In this document: positions 26,564 to 36,700 of the stretch, piece after piece
Layout: each line of letters opens with the position of its first letter
How positions within the stretch are numbered: the first letter of the stretch is position 1
Source: a virus
Direction: 5' to 3' (one strand)
IMG/VR virus record: IMGVR_UViG_3300020204_000006
Length of the DNA stretch: 64,000 bases
Made by a program: the position numbers and the translations under genes
The notes under the pieces: generated by a model
What the model was told of the DNA's origin: nothing
The model's input: only the letters and a program-made list of their open reading frames with translations
Databases searched by the model: none

Positions 26564-29500
26564 ATGACAATATATAAAACAAATTCTAAAAAGTCTAGAT
26601 CTCTAAGCTCTGAGCAAAAAACTTTTTATGACAATCAGATAAAAGATGATTTTTATATAGCTAGCAGTACAAGTGACCAGTCTTCTTTTGAAGAAATTTA
26701 TATTAAAATTAAAGAAGATGGTTTTTATGATGGTATGGAAAAACTTTTCTTTAAAAGCTGCTTAACTAACCAGAAGCTTTTATTTGTATCGGATTCAAAA
26801 TACCAAAAAGTATATGCAAGTATGCCTCTTCCAGAAAAGGTTCAAAGATTTTTTGTTTCTTATAAAGATGGAAAAGTTTTTATAAATGAAAAAGATCGTC
26901 CAGAAATAAATCTTTTTTCAGGATATCTATACGAATTTATTATCCCAAAAAGTATTTATGAAAGTGGTATGTTTAAATTTTTTGGTGATGCTAATTTTGA
27001 TTATGATATAATGGATTTCCTAAGACATGATTTGTCATTACTTGATTCAGAATCTATAAAAGTTGTTTTTCAAAAAACATCCCTTGGGGAAAGAATTAGT
27101 TTTTTAAACTACAATTACAATATACTAAATCTAAAAAGAAATAATATATATGAATTGGATTTAAGTGATGCTTCAAATGTGGGCAAGAATATACAAATAT
27201 CATATGACTATATAGCTTCAAAGTCTTGTGATGGAGTGTCTTTTCTGGGAGTACCAGGCTACTACGGCGCAAAAATGTTTATAAATACTTCTGAATCTAA
27301 ATCAGAATATCTTTATATATCAGATAAAAACGATTTTACTTCTGGAGACAATGTAAGAATAAAAATAAATGATGGTAAATACATTACAGAAAAAGATGGA
27401 TTTTACATTATAAAAATTTTACCCAATGACAAATATACAAAATTTTATTACGGAAGCTTTAAGGAAAATAAATCTGGTGGAAAAGTAAATGTATTGAATT
27501 TAAAAGAATATAATTTTTTTCCTCAGACTCCATATAATGACGAGTACGGTGGTTTTAATTATAGGTATTTAAATGGCTCATGGAGGTCACATTTTCCATA
27601 CAACTTTAACATAAAAACTAAAGAGAAAAAAAATAGTAGTTTTATGGGAACTGGTTCAAAAAATGCATTTTATTTTGATCAATTGGAGCAGCCAGAAATA
27701 ATAATAACATATGGCAAAACTTATAAATTTACAAATTACAATGAGGCCGAATACCCATTCCATATTTCAAAAAAAATAGATTCTTTAGTTTCTCCGTCTA
27801 AAAATGATGGAATTTTTATTGATAAAAAAGATTACGGAGATTATTCAATTACTTTTTTAAGAGTAGATAATAAAAACATTGATCCCTATCAGGGTTATTT
27901 TGATCCATATGACCCGTACTCTAAAGTGCAGTCAAAATTAGATCTTTATTACATTTCTACTGGTGGTAGAAGTATGGGTAATGCTATTTATTTAGATAAT
28001 GATGGCATGTCTTTTGATGAACAAAAAAACTATAATAAAAAAAATATTGCGTATCCTTATGTTTTCATGATACCATATTCTGGAAAATACGTTGTGTTTA
28101 ATTATGGAGAAGAGAATTTTTCAAATTATTTGATTATTGATTGTACTGAAAGTAAAAGCAGTAAAAATATAACATTAAAAAACTATGATTTATTTTCTTT
28201 TTATCAAAATAACAAATTTTCTCCATTAAAATCAATAAGAGAAAATGAGTATTTTGTGGTGGACATTTTTTATGATTATGTTGATGAATTGATATGTAAT
28301 ATGAAAATTACAGAAGAACTTGGAGAAAGATTAAGTATAAAGGGTGAAAAATTTTCTTTTGGAAATGTTTCTGATTCTTCAGATACGTATTTATACACTG
28401 ATGTAATTAAAAAGATAATAAAAGAAATATCTGAATACTACGTGAATTCTATGTTTTCAATAAACATCGATGGAGAGCCATATGTAAATGAAATTTTAAC
28501 GTGTAGAAAAAATATGTTAAAAACAATACCTTCTGTTAAAAATGTATCAGCTTATGTTTACGATCAGCGTGGATATTCTTTATATGTAGATGAATTTGTA
28601 AAAAATGTAATTAATACTAAGAAAAATAATTTTTTCCCATCTTCTTCATCAAATGTTTTTAGTTTGTCATCAAGAGATATATCTTATTTAGACTGCTCTG
28701 GCTATATATATGATACTTCATATAAGTCTGTTTATTTTATTAAGCTTTATAGCATTGAATCTGGTTTTTTGAACTATAGATTTAATATTGAAGATTATAT
28801 AAATGGTATTAATTTTGATTATTCTTTTTACAATCAAGATAAAATTCTTATTGGGCCTTTAGTTCCTAAAAATATTTCTAATTTTAATTTTAGTAAAAAT
28901 ATTTTATATCAAAATTCGCAAATTAAAAACGCTATTAAGTCTTTTGTTAATTCTATTTTAAGTAATTCTAATAAATCAGAAAAAATAGTTTTTATAAATG
29001 ATAGTGTTTACGAATCTGTTTCTGAAATAGAAAGGCTGTTTTTGCAATATTCTAGTTTTGGATTTAATTCATTATGTATTTATTTAAATACAATAGTTGA
29101 TGTTAAAAGTATTCCATTGTTTAAATCTGTTTCTGAAAGATTTAACATGAATTTTTATATATATCTAGAAAATGAAAATGATTTATTTAAGCTGGAAAAT
29201 CCCTGTCAGTATTACTACCTAGGCAATTTCTCTGTTTCAGATAATTTAAAAATAAAATATACAAAAGTTCAAGGTTCTGATTATGTTGATTTAAATAATA
29301 AAAATACAAGACACGACAACTCTTTCCTTGAAAATCCAAATAATGTAAACAAAAAATCGTCCCCTGTAGTACAGCAGTCTTTGTCTTCTTTTCAGTTAAG
29401 TGATAGGGGTGCAATTTCGGTTGATCCGTCCTCATGGTGGAATCAATCTTTGCAAAAAATACTTTTTCAATGGTATAGAATTAGTGGAAGTAAATTTGTA

Positions 29501-30226
29501 CTGTATCCCAATAATTCAGGATATACTATTTGGAATGAAAGCATAAACGGACCTCTTTCTAATTCTGCTGGTTCACCAACTGTTGTAACTTTAAATAACG
29601 GTAACGGCCTAGTTAGGGCATCTGTAGGTGGAAATAGTGATTATTTTACCTTCCTTGTAGGGGAAAATCAGATATTAGATAAGATTTTTCTTAGAAGTTA
29701 CAGTTCTTCTGACAATATTGCTTGGTTAGGCATACAAGCTGGTAGTGCATGGACTTCGGGAAACAATCCTAATTTAATGTTAGCACAACAACATTTTGGA
29801 CCTGGAAATGTAGATAAAGCAATTTTGAGCGGAGCATCTCCTTATAATTCTGGCAATTATACAGTGAGGGTACAGCAGTTAGGTTCCAACACTAATTATA
29901 CTTTAGAATTTCAGGTTTTAACTACCTCGCCATCACCACCGCCACCACCACCGCCGCCACCGCCCTCGACACGACCACCACTGCCGTCACGGCCCTCGCC
30001 ACCACCACCGCCACCACCACCGCCATCGCCACCGCCATCGCCACCGCCGTCGCCACCGCCATCGCCACCGCCATCACCACCGCCATCACCACCGCCATCA
30101 CCACCGCCATCACCACCGCCGCCACCACCGCCGCCACCACCGCCGCCACCGCCGCCGCCACCGCCGCCGCCGTACTCTCCGCCGCCGAGTCCACCGTCAG
30201 GGGGTGGAGGATACGGATATTATTAA
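26564..30226 (+). CDS. ORF8: 1,220-aa putative virion protein: repeated cupredoxin-like beta modules, small beta-sandwich domain, poly-Pro tail ending GGGGYGYY
   Basis: PEINLFSGYLYEF, LNLKRNNIYELDLSDASN and PEIIITYGKTYKF..YPFHIS resemble the P.L.L.RG.TY.F..SD.SN module of large myovirus structural proteins; DYFTFLV...HFGPG...YTVRVQQ...YTLEFQV domain precedes the Pro tail. Confidence 0.85.
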   Translation: MTIYKTNSKKSRSLSSEQKTFYDNQIKDDFYIASSTSDQSSFEEIYIKIKEDGFYDGMEKLFFKSCLTNQKLLFVSDSKYQKVYASMPLPEKVQRFFVSYKDGKVFINEKDRPEINLFSGYLYEFIIPKSIYESGMFKFFGDANFDYDIMDFLRHDLSLLDSESIKVVFQKTSLGERISFLNYNYNILNLKRNNIYELDLSDASNVGKNIQISYDYIASKSCDGVSFLGVPGYYGAKMFINTSESKSEYLYISDKNDFTSGDNVRIKINDGKYITEKDGFYIIKILPNDKYTKFYYGSFKENKSGGKVNVLNLKEYNFFPQTPYNDEYGGFNYRYLNGSWRSHFPYNFNIKTKEKKNSSFMGTGSKNAFYFDQLEQPEIIITYGKTYKFTNYNEAEYPFHISKKIDSLVSPSKNDGIFIDKKDYGDYSITFLRVDNKNIDPYQGYFDPYDPYSKVQSKLDLYYISTGGRSMGNAIYLDNDGMSFDEQKNYNKKNIAYPYVFMIPYSGKYVVFNYGEENFSNYLIIDCTESKSSKNITLKNYDLFSFYQNNKFSPLKSIRENEYFVVDIFYDYVDELICNMKITEELGERLSIKGEKFSFGNVSDSSDTYLYTDVIKKIIKEISEYYVNSMFSINIDGEPYVNEILTCRKNMLKTIPSVKNVSAYVYDQRGYSLYVDEFVKNVINTKKNNFFPSSSSNVFSLSSRDISYLDCSGYIYDTSYKSVYFIKLYSIESGFLNYRFNIEDYINGINFDYSFYNQDKILIGPLVPKNISNFNFSKNILYQNSQIKNAIKSFVNSILSNSNKSEKIVFINDSVYESVSEIERLFLQYSSFGFNSLCIYLNTIVDVKSIPLFKSVSERFNMNFYIYLENENDLFKLENPCQYYYLGNFSVSDNLKIKYTKVQGSDYVDLNNKNTRHDNSFLENPNNVNKKSSPVVQQSLSSFQLSDRGAISVDPSSWWNQSLQKILFQWYRISGSKFVLYPNNSGYTIWNESINGPLSNSAGSPTVVTLNNGNGLVRASVGGNSDYFTFLVGENQILDKIFLRSYSSSDNIAWLGIQAGSAWTSGNNPNLMLAQQHFGPGNVDKAILSGASPYNSGNYTVRVQQLGSNTNYTLEFQVLTTSPSPPPPPPPPPPSTRPPLPSRPSPPPPPPPPPSPPPSPPPSPPPSPPPSPPPSPPPSPPPSPPPPPPPPPPPPPPPPPPPPYSPPPSPPSGGGGYGYY
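29927..30199 (+). repeat. Poly-Pro/(SPPP)n extensin-like tract, GC-rich 12-nt units (CCGCCATCRCCA)
   Basis: About 90 codons of CCN/TCN; an abrupt GC-rich island in an AT-rich gene. Confidence 0.95.
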
Positions 30227-30242
30227 TTTGTAACTTTTATGA

Positions 30243-30665
30243 ATGGATAACAGCATGAGTCATCCTCAATATAAATTAGGAATCGATAACAATATATTAT
30301 AATCAAACCAACCAACAATTAAAATTGGTTTACGAAAAACAGGTGGTGTAAATTCCGAAAACGAAACACTTCGTGGAGTAATAATTGTTGATATCGCATC
30401 CGATATTGCCACGGCACTGACTGCAACTCCTGAATACATCGCAGACAGTCCGTATTCTGTATTGCACTGTTGTCTTACCTTAAGTCCAGCAAACGGGAAA
30501 ACGGGAGGATATCTTTGTGTTTCAATGCTTCCCCTTGACACCAATATAAACGATTCCGTTTCTTGGAACAAGCCATCTCAAAACTCAAATTATATTACTG
30601 CTTCTTGGACTCCTGGTGGTTCATCAGGGCCACTTGCCCAAGAAATTATTCAAAAAAGTTCATAA
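30243..30665 (+). pseudogene. Interrupted, truncated DNRLRE/CBM96-like domain gene (in-frame TAA at 30300-30302)
   Basis: One frame reads MDNSMSHPQYKLGIDNNIL*SNQPTIKIGLRK...LRGVIIVDIASDI...LHCCLTL...SVSWNKP...WTPGG..., matching the DN.I...L.IG...R.LI.FD...A.L.L...VTWN...W..PGG pattern; it stops at 30663-30665 soon after PGG. Confidence 0.55.
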
Positions 30666-30721
30666 AATATAACTACAAGTTATTATTTTGTTATTTTTGT
30701 ATGGACGATACATAGTTTAAG

Positions 30722-30729
30722 TATAAATA
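30722..30729 (+). promoter_or_regulatory. TATAAATA, T4-type late-promoter-like element upstream of ORF9
   Basis: Exact octamer in the AT-rich intergenic gap 30666-30777; chance occurrence is plausible at this AT content. Confidence 0.35.
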
Positions 30730-30777
30730 TCGTTTTTAACAGGTTAATGTTAAATTTTTATATAATAAAAATATAAA

Positions 30778-33700
30778 ATGTCAGTACTGTGCCGTCCAGA
30801 TGGTTCAATATCTTTTTCTGTTTCTGAGTCACTACTAAATACTAGTTTGACTCAAGGCGATATTATTATATTTAATAATAGGCCAGAAGGTCTTGAATTT
30901 ATCAAAGAATATGATTGTGACGGATTTTTAGAATCTAATTTTTTAAATTTATTGTCCAGCATAAATATTAGTGCCATAATAAAAGAAATTCATTTTGATT
31001 CCAATCATTTAGAAGTTATATTTATATCTGGCTTGGAAAAAGTTTCCTCTTTGTTGGGAATTAATAATTTATCTTTTTTCTGTCCAAGATTAAACCATGT
31101 TTATTATCTTTCTTCTACTTTGAAAGAAACATGTTTTTTGTCTTCTCGTAATAATATATGGGAAAAAAGATCAATATACGGCTCTCCGATATCTCCAAAT
31201 TTTAAAGTAGGAAGTGGCAAATACAATTTTGACAACTGCAACTTTTATTCTTTTGGATTTGAGAGTCACGAAAATCAATCAAAATCACATAACAATAAAT
31301 ATGTTCTTATATCAAATCAGCATGTCGTATATTCTTCTTTGGATCCTATTTCTTTTTTAGACGGGAATTTGTTTAAAGATCAATTTACTTGTGAATATGA
31401 TGAAATATACAGTAATTCTAAAAGAGAAAATATATTAAAAAAGGGAATTTACTTTGGTCAGTTTGTGTTTCCTTTTGAGGAATATTCTGATTCAAATATA
31501 AGAAGTTTCTTAAACCATATAAAAAAATATCAACCGTCTTTATATCAAAATGTTTACGATAACAATACTACTTTATCTGACAGGATTGATTTTTTCAAAA
31601 AACTTTTTGCTCCTAAAATTGTAAAGTTTTATTCTCCTAAGCTTAAAAGATACATAACAAGAAAAATTGTTATGTCTTTACCAGCTGAAAATTATTATAG
31701 AGAAAAATATGGGATTGATCATGGCATTTCTGGAGTTTGCGTTGGCCTTCTTGACAATCCTATAAGTATTTATGAAACTGGTATTAAACCAGTTGCCTTC
31801 CACTCTGAAGAATCTTCTTATCTAAACTTTTCTGAAAACAGAGAAGTATTTTACTTTGACAATCATTTGCGTTTAAGTTTTGCTGTGCCATCGAATAATT
31901 TTGGTGTATTCAAAACAAAAAATGATATGTCTTTAATGAAATCAAAGTATGTTGACATGTATGACGAATTTGGTTCATCTTATTTTGGTGAACTTGATAT
32001 TGGCAATATTGTCATGTGCAAGGGCAAATCACAGTCTATTATCATCGGACTATGCAATGGTATTGAAAATTTTCAAGGAATTAAAGGCGTTAAGTCTAAC
32101 GAAATTTGCGTAAATTTTGGTTCTGATGTAAAAGTTAAAGAATTTTTTGGTAATGCTTTTAAAGTTCCCAATAGGGCTGATCCTTTTATTTTGTATGGAA
32201 AATCATCATATGGAGACGCTTCTTCAAAATTTGATTTTTATAGAGAGTCGTATCTTGAATGTAAAAATTACAATATATTCAATCAAGAATATATGTATAA
32301 TTTTTTAAGCGATTTTGATTATTGGAAAATTAATTCTATATCTGAAATATGGGATAGAGCTTTTGATATTCCAAATGTACATATGGAAACAGATGTAATG
32401 GAATACTCAACTGGTTCTAGATCTCCGGTTACTCAAAGGTCTTCTAGTGTAGATACTGCATCTGATGAAAATTATGCTTCTATTTCTCATGGGTATTCTA
32501 ATGTTATATTTTATACTACTAGAGATGGAACCGTAAAATACATAGCTGGTTATAATGCTAATCCAGCTTTGCCAGAATCTGAAAGAAATGTTATAGGTGC
32601 TGGAATAAGAAATATTACTCCATTTTCAAGCCCATACGGAAGCTTTCTTGCAGGTCAAGGTGGTGTTGATTTAACTCCTCCATCTGACTTGCCTAAATGC
32701 AAACAGGTTGTCACTGGTTATAGAAACGCTCATGCTCTTACCGTAAATGATTCCATAGTTAGCTGGGACGGCACTCCCCACCAGCAGTGGAAAAAAACTT
32801 CTGAAGTTTTTATGCAGCAGCTTAGGTACTATCAGCAGCCAGGTAGAAGGCTTGAGGGAGTAAAGATAAAAAAAATATCTCCAGGTGCAGGCTTTGTCGC
32901 TGTTTTACTTACTAATGGTGAGGTAATAACCTACGGAGCTAACGAGAGTGCCCAAATGAGTGATGTTGATACTGTTCTTACTCCCATCGGTATTATTCCT
33001 CTCCCTGTTAGGGGAGACAATTTTTATATTAAAAGATGGAAAGCATATAAAACATGGAAGTATGGAGAGAATTTATCAACCTATCTAGATCCTCTTTCTT
33101 CTCCAAATTCTTGTGTAACTCAACAGGAAATAGACGAGGAAGCTAATGATGATTTTCCCGATACTGATTCTGGTACAAATTCTAATTGGAGACTTTATAG
33201 ATCCGCTGCTCTTGGATGTGAGCAGCACGAAGGATCTGGTGCAATAGCAGATTCTCCTTATATAAACGGTTCCAATATTTATCCTCCGCCTCCTGTTAGT
33301 TGGTCTGGTTTTCTTGACTGGTCTAAATTTACTGGTGCTCCAAATGATTATCAGTTCTCTAGGTCTACGACTGGAGACGTATCTAGTGTTAATTTTAGTT
33401 TTGGTGCTTCTTGGACTAGGAATTCAGATAGAATACCAATGACTGTTGTGTACCCATGCACTACAGACCCTGACGGAGAATGTAGCTATATTTCAAATGG
33501 ATATCAAAGACCCCAGGGTCATCCACTAGAAAGCGATAGACCCCCCAATTCTTTATTCGGTTTTTCTGGCAATAGATATAGAGATGTTGCCTGCAGCAGG
33601 ACTAGCATTATCCTTATGACTGAAAATGGTAATCTTGAATCATGGGGTATGAATTTTTACTATAATGTAACTGGCAGTGGTCGTCAGTTTGGGGCCTTTA

Positions 33701-36700
33701 GGAGGATGGGTAGCGGCATCCCAGGAGGAAACTCAAATGATGCAGGCTGGTCTACTCCAGGCCATCCTAGGCCTTTCCCTGATGCCCCTTGGGGCGACAA
33801 TAGCGCGGTTGAAGTCAAACGTCTCAAAACAACACCTGAATCATTGTTGGGGATAGGTACTGGGTATTATATAAGTATTGTTATAAGGAGAGATGGATCT
33901 ATATTTGCATGGGATAGAAATGAATGGGGAGAGTCTCTTCCTCGTAGTAATTCTGATGGTACTCCCGGTCTTCCAAGTGGAATATTTAAGCAAGTTGATG
34001 GTGGATATCATCATTCTATTGCTCTACGTGAAGACGGAACTGTAGTTTGTTGGGGAGAAAACAACGATGGAGAATGCGATGTCCCATCTATTCTAAAAAA
34101 TCCTATTACTTCAAAATGTGTTTGGGTTTGCGCTTTATCAAGAATGTCTTTTGCCTTAAGAGACAATGGAGATTTAATAGGTTGGGGAAATACTGATGAG
34201 GCTGCTATGGGATTCAAGGGCTTTACGTCTGGTTCTGTTTTTAATCCAGGAGAACCAATATTACTTACGTTTGCAGATTCTTCTTCAAGTTCTTCCTCTT
34301 CCTCTTCTTCCTCTTCTGTTTCTAGTAGTAGCAGTAGTAGTTCTGATTTGGCAGAAGGTTATATTGTTACTTCTAGTTTGCCCGGAAGAGATGCAACATT
34401 AGCTGAATTAAACATTATAATACCTAGTTTGGTGCAAAACAACATAAAATACAGTCATACTTTGTATGGCAGCGATGTCGATTCTTCATCTTGGCTTGGT
34501 AGTGACCCGCTGTGCTGCGACGTTAATCTTACTATTTTTGGTCAAAAGGTTCAAGAGCACATAAGTTCTTGGAGTTCTATAAATACTGAATATAATTTTT
34601 ATTATGGAAATCCTGAATATGTAGTTTTGAACATGCTCCACACACTTGGAGTGCCAGTTGAGCTTCAAGAAATTTTACCAATAGAGGAAGATATAACTAG
34701 CGGTAGAGGTTTAAGAGCATTTAATATGCTTACTGGATTGCTTGATACTACAAAATCTGTTTTGCCTCAATCGAGTGTTTCTCAGTATTCCTATCCTTTT
34801 CTCCCTTATTTTTTCTTGCCACGTCCTGACGGTGGTGACGCGTGCACTTGGTCTTCAAGATGGGCTGGTCTTTCACTGGAAGATTATGAAAATGAAAAAG
34901 ATAGATTGTTAAACCTACTAAAAAACAAAGTTGCTTCTTTTGCTCCTCATACTGATATAATAACGACAGCTCATTATGCAACCTATAGCGAAAGGAGAGC
35001 TGTTTTCTTTCCTGGAATAGAGGCCTCTACTTTTGAATGGGTTCTTAATAATTGCAGATCTATAATTGAAGCATCGCAGGGGAAGCCTGTTAATGTGTAC
35101 GTAAGTCCTGTGATATTTCCAGGAAGTGAGTATACTTTGGAATCTGTTAGACAGAGTAATTTCACTCTTCCTTTGTCTCAATTAAAATCTAATATTGAGG
35201 CATTGCCAAAGCTTGTTGTTTCTACTCCATACATGGAAAGAGTTATATTTAAACCAATGAGGCAGGCCGGAGTAAAAAGAATGCATATGTGGATGGAATG
35301 GAGATACACTCATAATATTGCAAGGCTTTTGCCATCTGGATCTTCTACTTTCGGCATAACGGATGCTGATATATATCTTTCAAGAAAAATGATTAATGAT
35401 TTGTTTATTGATCAGAATTTTAGGTCTCCTATAGACCTTAGTGATGACTCTTTGTGGAACTCTCCCTCTACCAGAGAAGAAGTTATACGTTCAGCTTTGT
35501 CTAAAGATATAGAGATGGCCAATTCATTTAGGTCTGATGGTGTTGATGGAAATGAAAATGCAGTTTGGGCTTATTGTTGGAATGCACCTGATTCTACTGA
35601 TGTAAATAAATTCGAAAGAGTTAAGCCAATGATTTGGGTTTCAGGTGGTCAGAGATATGACATAGATCCAAGACCTACTATCGGAGAACTTTCAGTCGTT
35701 GTTTCTAGATTGAATCAGTTGCCTCCTGGAAAAAGAACGTTGGGGCTAATGAGGTACAATTCATCTGCTATTTGGAATAATCCTTCCGATTTCTTGCTTG
35801 GGCAATTTAAGAGCCCTTGGCCAGATAATGAGCTTGAAAATATGAAAAATGATTGGCAATCTATACTTGGCGATCTAAAGTCGTTGAACGCTCCTATAGA
35901 TTTTGTTTCTATTGACAATGAAGGAAAGTTTTCTGCTGGTCCAGCATGGTATGACCCCGCCAATTCTACAAATCTTTCTTGGATTGAGGCCATAAAGAAT
36001 GATTTAAGGTATAATCAATCGTGGAAAGGCTTTTCCAGCCTATCTAGTAAAATATCTCCTTTCAATATAGACCAAATATTTACTTTTGGATCAACTGATG
36101 ATTATATTGGTTATTGGAGGGGTCTTGGTCATCTTGGAGCTGCAGCATTAAATTATGCCATATGGGATCCACTAACTGCCATTTATCCTAATGTTGGTGG
36201 CAGTAATTATCAGGGAAATTTTGTTTTATATGGTGATAGTTTTCCTGATACGAATGGTCATGAGTTTGCTTATGATAACATATTTGGAACTTCTTCAAGC
36301 CCCGCATTATATGGTTCTTGGAAAAATACTCCTCCTCCATCCGGTCCTGGATCAAGAGTAATTAGTCCATCTGATCCAACTCATATTATTAGGTGGAACG
36401 GATCTGATCCTCAAACTCCGTCTTCTCCTTGGTTCGCGTTTTTGATAGATATTCAGGCCGTCAGGGCTTGCAAAAGAAGCAATGAACAGTTGCAGGATGA
36501 ACCGGATATAGAACCTTGGATAGCCTCTGTCTCATGGTCCGGTGATACCGCTTATAATTATGAATACAAAAACAACAAGTCTTACTATTATGAAATGATT
36601 AGACATGCAGTTTTAAATGGGGCTCAAAGATTTGCCGTATGGAATCCTTTTGAATCTTCATCCACAAATAGCGGATTTTTAGATGACGTTTTAAGGGACA

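Noticed and set aside
29922-30194. Ala/Val/Met-rich minus-strand ORF
   Set aside because: Antisense shadow of the poly-Pro tract.
30266-30571. 101-aa minus-strand ORF in the gap
   Set aside because: No recognisable motifs, opposite to all other genes, and the + strand frame gives a coherent DNRLRE-like sequence.
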